A DNA stretch of 64,000 bases from Candidatus Fermentibacterota bacterium (GTDB lineage: Bacteria > Fermentibacterota > Fermentibacteria > Fermentibacterales > JCC-6), in assembly GCA_963845085.1 (NCBI GenBank), contig CAWJQI010000005.1, positions 256,001 to 320,000 of the forward strand. The letters run 5' to 3'. This document shows positions 29,276 to 38,943 of this stretch, piece after piece. The notes beneath the pieces are model-generated. The model worked only from the letters and a program-made list of their open reading frames with translations, was not told where the DNA came from and ran no database searches. The position numbers and the translations under genes were made by a program. Numbering within the stretch: position 1 is the stretch's first letter; the number at the start of each line of letters is the position of its first letter.

Positions 29276-30537
29276 ACGTGCGCAACCATGCACTGGCCCT
29301 GCTTTTGGCCCTTGTCTCCACCTCCTTCGGGAACGGTGGCCCAGTGGACATGTCCCACATCGCCTCAACGGGGAACCTTCGGCTCGAGAACCGACCGGAG
29401 ATAAGGCTGCTGTCCGAAAACCTTCTGATAACTGTCGGTCAGTCAGAGGTTTCCGTGCGCGCCGAATACCATCTCTCAAACACCGGTGAGTCGGCCGATC
29501 TTGTCTACGGTTTTCCGGTGGAGCGGTTCATCTCCGAGTTCGACGACTACGGTGAAGACATCACGATGCTTTCCTTCACTGCCGACGGAACGCCGCTGTC
29601 CGCCTTCGAACCGCTCGCCGGTGACACGCTCGACTTCGAGGTCGAAGGGATGATGCAGAGCGGCACCGCAGTCAGCACCTGGTACCCCGTGAATCTCCAC
29701 ATCGAAAGGGGGGCCGGGATGACTCTGGTTGTCGAGTACAGCGTGAGACCCTGCTTCTCGGACTGGGAGAATTCGAAGACGTCATTTCAGAGCCACTCCT
29801 ACAGGTACTTCCGTTACCTGCTGGCCCCGTCTGGAAGCTGGGGCGACGGAACGGCCGGTTCATTCTCATGCAGGATCGACTTCACCCGCCTTCTTGAAAA
29901 CGGTGGTGAGGTGATCGCACCGCCCGCAAACGGAAGCTGGTCGGAGCCGGAGTACGGCGTTCACTGTTTCACAGCCTCACCTTTCAACATGTCCTCGGCG
30001 AACCCCGTCGAGTTCGTCTACGATCCCAGCCTGTGGATGCTTGAAGACGAGCTGCGCGAAATGTCGATAACCCCCGTGAGGATGTCATCAACAGAAACCC
30101 TTCCTCCGGCAGGGAGCAACACATACGGTGCGGAGAACCTTTTCGACTCCGATCCGTCAACGGCATGGGCGGTCCCGTTCACAGGTAACGGCGATTCCCC
30201 CTGCATAAGCATCGACCTTGAAGGCGCTGAGCTTGGTTGTGTCGCAATCATCGGGGGCTATGCAAAAAGTGGGGAAGCGTGGAACAACAACGCCAGGCCC
30301 AGACTGGTGCGGCTCACCCTTTTCAACCAGGACAACGAATGGGGCAGTGTCAACGAAGTCGAGCTCCCCGATACGGGGTATCCCGGCGAAGCAACTACGA
30401 TCGAGGCAATGAAGGTGCTTTTCGATTCGGGAATGTTCCTCCCCCAGGACTCGCTTCGGCTTGAGATCCTCAGTGTCTATCCAGGGCTGCTCTGCAACGA
30501 CCTGTGCATTTCCGAATTGGTTCTCACGGGGTGGTAG
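29272..30537 (+). CDS. Secreted protein, DUF4424-like N-terminus plus discoidin/NADase-type glycan-binding C-terminus
   Basis: NGG...SENL.I...YGFP; YGAENLFD.DPSTAW...NNARP...LEILSVYPG...CISEL. Confidence 0.65.
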   Translation: MNVRNHALALLLALVSTSFGNGGPVDMSHIASTGNLRLENRPEIRLLSENLLITVGQSEVSVRAEYHLSNTGESADLVYGFPVERFISEFDDYGEDITMLSFTADGTPLSAFEPLAGDTLDFEVEGMMQSGTAVSTWYPVNLHIERGAGMTLVVEYSVRPCFSDWENSKTSFQSHSYRYFRYLLAPSGSWGDGTAGSFSCRIDFTRLLENGGEVIAPPANGSWSEPEYGVHCFTASPFNMSSANPVEFVYDPSLWMLEDELREMSITPVRMSSTETLPPAGSNTYGAENLFDSDPSTAWAVPFTGNGDSPCISIDLEGAELGCVAIIGGYAKSGEAWNNNARPRLVRLTLFNQDNEWGSVNEVELPDTGYPGEATTIEAMKVLFDSGMFLPQDSLRLEILSVYPGLLCNDLCISELVLTGW

Positions 30538-31394
30538 GGGCGCTTCTTCCCGCAGCGGTACTTTTCTCCGCGAACCATGCACTGGCAGCGAGGTGTCTGC
30601 CGACTGAGCTTTCGATACCGGCCGGCGACACGCTGACACTTGAAACGGGCTGCACCTGGACACTGCTGGAGCCCGTCAGGCACGGGTATGAAAACATGAT
30701 CCCGGGAGGAACACCGGCAGGGCTCGGCGTCGACACGCTCAGCTATGCGGCCGGAACTCTCGGTGATGAAGAACTCACTCTCGTGCCGGAAGCCGGCGTT
30801 TTTTACCTGGGCATCGGTCTTGCCGGCTCTGGCGCACCTGATACGCTGCGATTCGTCGAACCGCCCAATCTTGTCTTCCCGGGCAGTGTGGTCCAGATCG
30901 CAGTGCGCACTGACGACAGCTACATCGGCTACCTTATGGAGTTGTTCAACACGCCGTTCATCATGACCCCGAGGCTGACTCCCGGCGGAGTCCACCAGAC
31001 CGACGCCAGGCTCGGGTCCGATTGCGCGGCGTTTGCCGTCTACGGACGAAGGCGCATGGGATGCCCGGTCGAGTATCTTGGCCCCTCGGGAATAAGAAGG
31101 TACCTTGAGAGCCTTATAAACGGGCAATTGCGCCCCGGACGCATTGATGGCGTTGAGGTCTACATGACGGACGCAGGGGCAACCATGCCGGTCGGGGAAG
31201 GCGGGCTCATTCCGGGCGACGTGCTGCACTTCGGTAGCCAGGTGTCGGTGTTCTATCAGGACGGCGGTGTCCCTGGCATTCTCGACCCATGTGATCTCGT
31301 CATCCAGTCCTTGTTCGACGGCCCGTGTATCGTAACCCTCCGCGAGAACGGCTTCTACCCCCTCCCCCTCTGCGTTCTGCGCTGGCGGAATTGA
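30504..31394 (+). CDS. Hypothetical secreted protein
   Basis: ORF fills operon; start approximate. Confidence 0.5.
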   Translation: MHFRIGSHGVVGALLPAAVLFSANHALAARCLPTELSIPAGDTLTLETGCTWTLLEPVRHGYENMIPGGTPAGLGVDTLSYAAGTLGDEELTLVPEAGVFYLGIGLAGSGAPDTLRFVEPPNLVFPGSVVQIAVRTDDSYIGYLMELFNTPFIMTPRLTPGGVHQTDARLGSDCAAFAVYGRRRMGCPVEYLGPSGIRRYLESLINGQLRPGRIDGVEVYMTDAGATMPVGEGGLIPGDVLHFGSQVSVFYQDGGVPGILDPCDLVIQSLFDGPCIVTLRENGFYPLPLCVLRWRN

Positions 31395-31429
31395 CATTCT
31401 GGCATGGCCCCCCCGAGCAGCACCGGCAG

Positions 31430-32044
31430 TCAGTTCTGAGCTGCCTTGATCTCGGCCCAGCTGCCGCCTTCCAGACTGTAGGGTGAATAGGTCACAACAA
31501 GGGTCGGCAGCAGGTCTTCGTGGCCCGAGTCCTTCGACCAGAAACCCGGGGCGCAGTTTCCTGTGGTTCCGGTCGAAGTGCAGTAAATACCGTGATTGGG
31601 GTGCGCTCCGCTTACCCATGCTTCGACAAACTGGGTCACATCCACACTGAACCAGCTCTGCGCTACGGGCCAGGAACCGCCGACAGACGGCTCCGGGTCG
31701 ATTGACGGCTGGGTGTTCAGGGTAACGGTCTGTTCATCCCAGTCCTCCCCGATCAGCTGGAAAACCGGCTGTCCGCTCGCAGAACCGAAAAAGCTGATGC
31801 AGTAAAGCCTCATCTCCGCGGATTCCACAACGGCGTCCTGGGGAATCGCCGACAGATCCCATTCGACAAGCGTTCTGTCCAGACAGCTTGAGTATCGCCC
31901 GAAGTAAAGGTGCGTGGGACCGCCGTTCGGATTTGTGGAATCGGGCTTGCAGTCGCAGATGTATGCATCCTGCGAGGCCGTTATCTCAACCACTTCCGCT
32001 GCGGCGACCGCAGCGATTACAAGAATTGAAAATGCCACCCTCAT
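31430..32044 (-). CDS. DNRLRE/TGF-beta-propeptide-like domain secreted protein with C-terminal SWAEIK motif
   Basis: DAYI...PDSTN...RTLVEWDLSAIP...A.MRLY...W.E..VT.N..P...PTLVVTY; ends GGSWAEIKAAQN. Confidence 0.75.
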   Translation of the reverse strand: MRVAFSILVIAAVAAAEVVEITASQDAYICDCKPDSTNPNGGPTHLYFGRYSSCLDRTLVEWDLSAIPQDAVVESAEMRLYCISFFGSASGQPVFQLIGEDWDEQTVTLNTQPSIDPEPSVGGSWPVAQSWFSVDVTQFVEAWVSGAHPNHGIYCTSTGTTGNCAPGFWSKDSGHEDLLPTLVVTYSPYSLEGGSWAEIKAAQN

Positions 32045-32200
32045 GGAATTGCCTCCCTGTGTTTAGCAACGTTTGTTGCGTTGCTGAACACATATGAAAG
32101 AGCGCCAGCGTTGTCAACAACCCAGACAAAAGGTTCTGTTACCGCTGTCTTTACATTCCACCACTTCTGAAGTATCGTTGCTGGCAACGAAAGGAATTGC

Positions 32201-32977
32201 ATGCAGCGGGAGAATCACTCCGAAAACCTTCCGGAATGCTTCACCTTCCTGCGGGAAGAGCTGTCAAAGGCCGACAGAGCCACCGGTTCCAGAAGAAAAC
32301 TGGCAGCGGCCCTCGGTGTTTCAACGCACACCCTCCAGAGGCTGCTGACCGGCACAGACCTTCCCGACCTCGCAAGGGAAAGATCGTCCTATGTCCGGAG
32401 CTCATGGACCAGAACCCTGACCAGGATGGCACTCGGGCTGGGGATAGACCCGGAAAGGCTCCTCAGGTCCGCCTGCATCGAGCCCGATGCACACAGCCTT
32501 TCACTTGTGAACTCCGAAAAGGCAAAGTTCGGCATGCGGTCCCGAAAGCAGAGCGAGGCAGGAAGCATGCCCGACCTGGCGGGCTTCATAATGGCCCTCG
32601 CAGGCTCCTGGCCGGGCGCAGGAAGCGCCCCTGGAAGCGAGGCCCTGCAGAGGCTTCAGGAAGCGATTGCGCAGTTCCTCGTTGCAACCGGATCGACTCC
32701 TCCCGGGCTTGCCGACGGAAGCGATCTCTCCGGTGGAAGCTTCTGCCGGTCGTGCATGGCGTCGCTTACCGATACCGAGAACCGCGGCGCATCGGATCAC
32801 TTCTGCAGATGGTGTTCCGACGACGACGGCAACCTTCGGTCAGCCGAAGAGGTGCACGGCATACTCACGAAATGGTTCATGCAATGGCAGAAGGGAATTA
32901 CGGGAAGCCAGGCGGCCGAGAGGGCAAGACACTACATGCTTGCAATGCCCGCATGGACCCTAAACTCCGGGCTCTGA
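32201..32977 (+). CDS. HTH protein with C-terminal zinc-ribbon domain
   Basis: RKLAAALGVSTHTLQRL helix-turn-helix; FCRSCM...FCRWC...MPAW. Confidence 0.7.
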   Translation: MQRENHSENLPECFTFLREELSKADRATGSRRKLAAALGVSTHTLQRLLTGTDLPDLARERSSYVRSSWTRTLTRMALGLGIDPERLLRSACIEPDAHSLSLVNSEKAKFGMRSRKQSEAGSMPDLAGFIMALAGSWPGAGSAPGSEALQRLQEAIAQFLVATGSTPPGLADGSDLSGGSFCRSCMASLTDTENRGASDHFCRWCSDDDGNLRSAEEVHGILTKWFMQWQKGITGSQAAERARHYMLAMPAWTLNSGL

Positions 32978-33019
32978 CCGCCCCGGGGCATTCCTTCAAC
33001 TCACCACTTATGCCGTCAT

Positions 33020-33562
33020 CTATTCGGTGATCAGGGTGATCACTGGAAGGTTCTCGGATGCCGTGCCGCGCGTCGCGCGAAGGTCCATCGAGGAGAGGTA
33101 TCTCCGCCCCGGTGCGGTCCAGCCGTACACGTAAAGGTAACCCGATACCGACCCGAAGCGAAGATCAAGAAGAAGGTCGCCACCCTCGTACTCCCACGGT
33201 GTGTCGAAGGTGAAGACCACCATGCCGTTCTCGTCGGCTTCTACCTCAAGGACGCTGCTCGTCAGAACCTGGGCCGATGACGTCATGTTCTCTTCGAAGT
33301 CGGGACCGATCTCGCTCCCGCCGCTCGACCCGATCCGAACGACGGCATTTCCGATCACCGCTGACTGGTCGCCCGAGGGCGCTCTGTGAAAGGCGAACCC
33401 GGAAATGGTCACGGGTCCGGGCATTTCTTCTTCAGGCACCGCCAACTGGCAGTGAATTGTCGAAGAGCCTCAACCGCCGCAGAGAGGCTCTCCCAGGGGA
33501 AAACCGTTTTCCCCGATCGTTATGGTGCCGGCCATCAGGGCCAGGGTGATAAGCTCGTGCAT
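33020..33562 (-). CDS. Putative secreted selenoprotein with CGGU (CxxU) motif, 180 aa
   Basis: GGAGG RBS + ATG 33562; MHELITLALMAGTITIGENGFPLGEPLCGG-TGA(33472-33470)-GSSTIHCQLAVPEEE continues in frame into ORF 33020..33445; SECIS-like hairpin follows. Confidence 0.75.
33437..33454 (-). promoter_or_regulatory. Bacterial SECIS-like hairpin (CGGU gene)
   Basis: CACUGCC-AGUU-GGCGGUG, 7-bp stem, 15 nt 3' of UGA. Confidence 0.6.
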
Positions 33563-33628
33563 TGTTCCTCCAGGGTGATTGGTTCAAGGCGTTGGAAAGT
33601 ATACAACTCCCGGTACTTCATCATTCCA

Positions 33629-35050
33629 TCATCCCCTGCCTGCGGGCTCCGCCACGGGCACAGCCACGCACGGCTGTTCCTCTGGCCTCTCCACCAGAAC
33701 CATGGTCCTCCACGGCCCCTTTCTGTATCTGATGAAGTATCCCGCGGCAAGCAGCGCAACGTAGAGGATCGTGAAGAGCCACAGGGAAACAACGGTCACT
33801 CCGGGGCGCCGGTAGATCAGGAAGATGCCAGGGACCCAGAACAGCCACCCCAGACACGAAGCGAGAATCATCACGAACCGTGTGTCACCGGACCCGCGAA
33901 GGGCGCCTCCGAGCATCAGGCTGACTGCGTCGAAGCCACCCCATAGGCAGAGTATGGCAAGCAGCGTGGTGCCCGTCGCCAGGAGCTGGTCGAAAGGCAC
34001 ATCAGACTCGGGGCTTCTGAAGATCGACATGTACATTCCAGGAAGAAGCAGGAAAGTTGACGCTATGGCGGCAAAATACAGAAGGGCCACGACAAGCGTT
34101 CTTCGCGTGACCCGTGCAGCCATCTCGTGGTTCCTCGCGCCCTGGTAGCGGCCGACGAGGATGGTCGTGGTGATGCCGAAACCCAGAAGGGGGTGAAAGG
34201 CCAGGTTGTTGACCCCGAACGCGATGTTGCTGGCCGTGAACTCAACGGGCGACATCTTCCCGGTGAGGAAGACGAAGACGGAGAAGCTGGCTACGTCCAT
34301 AAATACACTGACGGCCGACGGAAGGCCGTATCTGAGGGTCTTCCCCGCCTGGGCCCTGTCAAGTCGAAAGTGGCTTCGTATGGGATACTCCCGGGATATC
34401 TTTCCCCGAAGGGAAAGCGAAATAAGCACAGCGGCGGGAACGAACGAACTTATGGCTGTGGCGAGCCCGGCGCCCTCGATTCCCATCTCGGGAAAACCGA
34501 GCCTGCCGAAAATGAACAACCAGTCCAGAAGGATGTTCAGCGCTGCGCCCGCAATCCCCGCCGCCATGGTTACCGTGGTTCTTCCAAGGCCGCTCCAGAG
34601 GGATGCAGCTCCGGCGTTCAGAGTGGATCCCACCCCGGCAACCATCATCCAGCGGAAATACGCCGTCTCGAGGGAGAGAACCCGTGGAGTGTGGCCTCCC
34701 AGCCGCAGGATCAATTCCCCGGGGATGACCAGGGCCAGAAGCAGCGGCGCTGAGAGAAGGGCAAGCATGACGCCCTGTGCGTACGAGACCGCCACACCGC
34801 GGTCGTTCCCTGCCCCGTGGTTCTGGCTGACGAATGTTGATGCGTAGCCCGCCGCCCCCTGAAAGAGGCAGATCAGGGTGAAGGCGAGAATGCCTGCCGG
34901 AAGCGCAGCCTGCAGTTCCCACACGCTGTGTCTCGCAAGGAACATCCGGTCGCAGAACATCATCGTTGTCTGGGCCGCCATGCCGGTGATGACGGGCAGC
35001 GCTACTCCCAGTATCTCCCGGTAACTCCCCGGGCTCTGCAGTTTGCTCAT
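33629..35050 (-). CDS. MATE family efflux transporter
   Basis: About 12 TM; ALP...CDRMF, LNILLDWLFIFG..GFPEMGIEGAGLAT, GALRGSGDT. Confidence 0.93.
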   Translation of the reverse strand: MSKLQSPGSYREILGVALPVITGMAAQTTMMFCDRMFLARHSVWELQAALPAGILAFTLICLFQGAAGYASTFVSQNHGAGNDRGVAVSYAQGVMLALLSAPLLLALVIPGELILRLGGHTPRVLSLETAYFRWMMVAGVGSTLNAGAASLWSGLGRTTVTMAAGIAGAALNILLDWLFIFGRLGFPEMGIEGAGLATAISSFVPAAVLISLSLRGKISREYPIRSHFRLDRAQAGKTLRYGLPSAVSVFMDVASFSVFVFLTGKMSPVEFTASNIAFGVNNLAFHPLLGFGITTTILVGRYQGARNHEMAARVTRRTLVVALLYFAAIASTFLLLPGMYMSIFRSPESDVPFDQLLATGTTLLAILCLWGGFDAVSLMLGGALRGSGDTRFVMILASCLGWLFWVPGIFLIYRRPGVTVVSLWLFTILYVALLAAGYFIRYRKGPWRTMVLVERPEEQPCVAVPVAEPAGRG

Positions 35051-35805
35051 TGCATCGGCACCCGAAGGATGCTGCCGGCGCCGTCGTCAGTCACAAGAAG
35101 GTCGCCGTCGGGCAGGAAGATGATGTCCTCTATCGATTCGAAGCCGGACGCGATGGTGGTTCTCTCACCGCCGGGGTCGACCGCCACGACCGACCCGAGC
35201 TCTTCGCACGCAACGAGCAGCAGGGTGCCATCGGGCGAGAAACGAAGCCCCTCGGCCGATGGGATGCCCCCCGAATACGGCACCCAGGCACCGGTTCCGA
35301 CACTCACCGCAACCACGCTCGAAAACAGGCCTGTAAGCGGCATTTCATTGCATGCAAACAAAAGGTCATCCGATTCGGCCGTAAGCCCGGAGAGCATGAA
35401 TCCCCTGGGAAGCGTGACGATGGAATCGGGCCCTTCCGGAGTCCACCTGCAGATGCCCGACGGCCCGCCTGTCAGGGTCCATGTGTAGTAGATCTCCCCG
35501 TCCGGTGTCACCGCAACGCCCTCGGGGTTGGGTATCCCCCTCTCGAGAACTCCGAGCACGGAAGAGACGAGCCTGCCGTGATGGATGTCTTCGACTGCGA
35601 CAACCCCGAGTTCGGGGTGCCATGCGACCCCTTCGGGACTTTCGAGACCGAGCATTGCAATGAATACAACGCCCTGCGGGTTTATGCCCTTCACTGTCCC
35701 GGTTGCTTCCTCAACCACGAACACCGTGCCGTCGGAAGCGAGAGCAAGGCCGTCCGGGCTCGACAGCCCTCCGAGGAACAGGCTGAAGGCAACCGCCGTT
35801 TCCAT
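35047..35805 (-). CDS. NHL/SMP-30-like beta-propeller protein
   Basis: Repeated P[DE]G[LV]A units; start overlaps upstream stop. Confidence 0.7.
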   Translation of the reverse strand: METAVAFSLFLGGLSSPDGLALASDGTVFVVEEATGTVKGINPQGVVFIAMLGLESPEGVAWHPELGVVAVEDIHHGRLVSSVLGVLERGIPNPEGVAVTPDGEIYYTWTLTGGPSGICRWTPEGPDSIVTLPRGFMLSGLTAESDDLLFACNEMPLTGLFSSVVAVSVGTGAWVPYSGGIPSAEGLRFSPDGTLLLVACEELGSVVAVDPGGERTTIASGFESIEDIIFLPDGDLLVTDDGAGSILRVPMQ

Positions 35806-36608
35806 CAGTCGGAGAGCTTTGTGACCGAGTCGGCAACCGCCTCCATGGCTTTGGCCGATGGGGACTTGCCGTAGTTGTAAACGAAGGGCTTCCCCTGGTC
35901 GCCCGATTCCACGATTGCAGGGTCGAGAGGGATTTTGCCCAGGAAGGGAACCGAGTACGCCTTCGCTGTGTCCTCGCCCCCGGTACCGCGGAATACCTCC
36001 GTGACCTTTCCGCAGGCGGGGCATGCGAATCCGCTCATGTTCTCTACAACGCCCAGCACAGGGACGCCCGTTTTGAGGCAGAAGTCCACGGATTTCCTCA
36101 CGTCGGCTGCCGCTACTTTCTGCGGAGTGGTCACGATGATCGCTCCGTCAACGTTCCCAAGGAGCTGGACCACGGAGAGGGGCTCGTCACCCGTTCCCGG
36201 AGGACAGTCCACGATAAGGAAGTCGAGTTTCCCCCACAGCACCTGCTTCACGAACTGACTGATCAGGTTCATCTTCATCGGCCCACGCCAGATCAGTGCA
36301 TCGTCACTATTCCTGAGCATGAAACCCACGCTCATGACCTTCATGCCGGCGTGTTCAACGGGAATGAACACCTCATCCTGCGTGATCACGCCTTCGAGCC
36401 CCAGTCCGAGCATGATCGGAACGCTCGGGCCATGTATGTCAACGTCGAGCAGACCGACGCTCCTGCCCTGCATGGCAAGGGAAACCGCCAGATTGACGGC
36501 AATGGTGCTTTTCCCGACTCCGCCCTTTCCGGAAAGTACAAGCACCTTCCGGCCGACGGCATCGGTTCCCGGTGCTGCGACGGTGGATTCCGGCGTGTCT
36601 TTGCTCAT
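35805..36608 (-). CDS. mrp: Mrp/NBP35 (ApbC) Fe-S carrier ATPase
   Basis: SGKGGVGKST, DVDIHGPS, WRGP, DCPPGTGD, ENMS...CPAC. Confidence 0.93.
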   Translation of the reverse strand: MSKDTPESTVAAPGTDAVGRKVLVLSGKGGVGKSTIAVNLAVSLAMQGRSVGLLDVDIHGPSVPIMLGLGLEGVITQDEVFIPVEHAGMKVMSVGFMLRNSDDALIWRGPMKMNLISQFVKQVLWGKLDFLIVDCPPGTGDEPLSVVQLLGNVDGAIIVTTPQKVAAADVRKSVDFCLKTGVPVLGVVENMSGFACPACGKVTEVFRGTGGEDTAKAYSVPFLGKIPLDPAIVESGDQGKPFVYNYGKSPSAKAMEAVADSVTKLSD

Positions 36609-36714
36609 GTGGATCTCCGTTTTCTTCTGTTGCATGCCGTGGAAGCCCGGCCGGCTGACCGGAGTAATATACTGCCGTGCCGCGGCACTTCGCTCAAAAG
36701 CGTATGTTTGAACC

Positions 36715-38112
36715 ATGAAGCACAAACGCAGCGAACTCAGGGAAACCTTCAGGATCTCGATCACGGAGGGTGTCTTCTCGCAGGTTTACGGCAGTCTTTC
36801 CGGGCCGGGTTCCGCATTCCTCACCAGGCTTCTTGTGTTCCTCGGCGCCGGCCCGCTGCATTTCAGCCTGATTTCCGCCATCGGGCAGGTTTCAATGCTT
36901 TTCCAGCCCCTCGGCATTCTGGCGGGACGGGGCAGCATCAGGAGAAAGGGACGTGTGATCGGCTGGGCTGCTGCCGGAAGGGCGCTCACTCCCCTTCTTG
37001 GGCTTGCCCCCCTATTGCTGCCGCGATCCCTTGCGCTTCCCGCGGTACTCGTGATCTTCTTCATTATCACATCCATCCTCGCAGTCTCGACGAACATGTG
37101 GATGGGGTGGATCGCCCACATGGTGCCGAAGAAGATCAGAGGCAGGTTCTTCGCCAAAAGGAACGCCGTCCTCATGACCTTCGGGCTGATAGTCAGCTTT
37201 GCTTTCGGCATGTGGCTGGATGCTTACGGCACCCCGCCGACCGGCGCCGGGGCGGTGGTGGCAAGGGTGTTCAACACGGCCCCCGACGGCCTGCCGCGAG
37301 CCCTTTTCTTCACGTTCACAACAGCCGGATTACTGGGTATCGCAGGCCTCGCCGTGCTGAAGAGACAGCCCGAGCGGGCGGAGGCCAAATCAGCCGAAAC
37401 ACTTCGAACAACCGTCCTTGAACCGCTCCGAAACCCCAACTTCCGCCGGCTGTGCTTTTTTGGAGCGTGGTGGATGATGGCGGTTGGGGTTGGCGCACCC
37501 TTCTGGCAGCCCTTCATGATCCAGATACTGGGCATGGGGCTCGTAGAAATGCTTCTTTATGGCGCCGTCAGCACGGCGGGTGCCGTTATCACCCTGTCCT
37601 ACTGGGGGCGGCTGATCGACAGGTACGGCAACAAGACGGCAATGAAGCTCGCAATAGTGGCGGGCACGTTCATCCCTCTCGTGTGGCTCTTCGTCACCAG
37701 GGAAACCAGGTGGCTGCTCGTATTCGAAGCGGCCGCATCGGGCAGCATGTGGGGCTGCGTCGGGGTTGTTACGGCAAACCTCGTGCTCGCGGTCGCCCCG
37801 CGCGGCAGGGAGCAGGAATACTCAGGGCTTTACAGCGCCGTGTGCGGCCTTGCGATGATTGTAACGATGCTTGCTTCCGGCATCTTCATGCCCGCGCCCC
37901 TCAGAATCATGGGTCTTTCGCTGCACCCCATGCAGGTGCTCTTTCTTGCCACCGCGGTGGCAAGGCTTTCAGCCGAGATTCCCCTGGCATTCGTCGAGGA
38001 GCCCGATTCGATAGGTGTTTCCGTGGTGCTGCGCCGACTGCTGTTCTGGAACAAGGTGCGCTTCCCGATGCCCAGGGTGTTCTTCAGATCAGGCAGGGGG
38101 CGTCGCCGCTGA
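36715..38112 (+). CDS. MFS transporter
   Basis: About 12 TM; P...RGRFF..R and WGRLIDRYG motifs. Confidence 0.85.
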   Translation: MKHKRSELRETFRISITEGVFSQVYGSLSGPGSAFLTRLLVFLGAGPLHFSLISAIGQVSMLFQPLGILAGRGSIRRKGRVIGWAAAGRALTPLLGLAPLLLPRSLALPAVLVIFFIITSILAVSTNMWMGWIAHMVPKKIRGRFFAKRNAVLMTFGLIVSFAFGMWLDAYGTPPTGAGAVVARVFNTAPDGLPRALFFTFTTAGLLGIAGLAVLKRQPERAEAKSAETLRTTVLEPLRNPNFRRLCFFGAWWMMAVGVGAPFWQPFMIQILGMGLVEMLLYGAVSTAGAVITLSYWGRLIDRYGNKTAMKLAIVAGTFIPLVWLFVTRETRWLLVFEAAASGSMWGCVGVVTANLVLAVAPRGREQEYSGLYSAVCGLAMIVTMLASGIFMPAPLRIMGLSLHPMQVLFLATAVARLSAEIPLAFVEEPDSIGVSVVLRRLLFWNKVRFPMPRVFFRSGRGRRR

Positions 38113-38943
38113 CGACATCAGAAGCTGAGAAAGGGTTTTCTTATCGCCCTGCAGGGCGGTGAGTCTCCCGAGTTTCCCCAGTGTCCCGGAAAGCCCGTAG
38201 TAGTGCCTGAACCTGTGCCCCGGGTTTCGAATCACTGTTCTGGGCTGATCGGGATCAACCTCCCATGGGTGCATATAAAAAACGTACAGGCCGGTTCTTT
38301 CGAGGTGCTTCCTGACCAGCCGCTCGAAGAACCGGTAGGGGTACAGCCTGAAGTATCCGCCGCCCGACACCGGAAGCCCCATGCCCATAAACGATTCCAT
38401 CGTCATGGGGACCTCCATCATCCCGGATTGGTGCGTGAAGACGCCTGAGGATGGCGGCCGGCCCGATATTCTGCCGTAGCGGTCATGGATGCTGAAAGGG
38501 TTGAGGCTCGAATCGTAGCTGTAGCCTGTTTCGAAAAGGATCTCGAGAAGCCTGTCGGATACGGAAAAACACGGAGCCCGGTAACCGAGGACCGCAGACC
38601 CGGTGATGTCTTCAAGCGTTTTTTTCGAAACGGTCACATCCTGTCTGAGATCTGCCTCGGAGAGAGCGTAGTTGATGATGTGCCCCTGGCCGTGGGAGGC
38701 AACCTCATGCCCGGCTTCGCTGATCGCTCTGACCAGACCGGGCGCCCTGTCGGCCACCCATCCGAGAACGAAGAAAGTGGCAGAAATCCCCGCTTCGGCA
38801 AACACATCCATTATTCTGCGGGTGCTTGCCTCGACCCTTGACTCCCTGTCTCCCCATGTGTCGGGAGGGTGTGCAGAGCGAAGGTTCTCGGCCTGGAACC
38901 AGTCCTCCACATCCACGGTGAAGCAGATGGTCCCGCCCGTCAA
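38089..38943 (-). CDS. Polysaccharide deacetylase (DUF3473-containing type)
   Basis: TVDVEDWFQ, ATFFVLGW, HEVASHG, GYRAP, GGGYFRL.P, HPWEVDP. Confidence 0.9.
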   Translation of the reverse strand: MTGGTICFTVDVEDWFQAENLRSAHPPDTWGDRESRVEASTRRIMDVFAEAGISATFFVLGWVADRAPGLVRAISEAGHEVASHGQGHIINYALSEADLRQDVTVSKKTLEDITGSAVLGYRAPCFSVSDRLLEILFETGYSYDSSLNPFSIHDRYGRISGRPPSSGVFTHQSGMMEVPMTMESFMGMGLPVSGGGYFRLYPYRFFERLVRKHLERTGLYVFYMHPWEVDPDQPRTVIRNPGHRFRHYYGLSGTLGKLGRLTALQGDKKTLSQLLMSSAATPPA

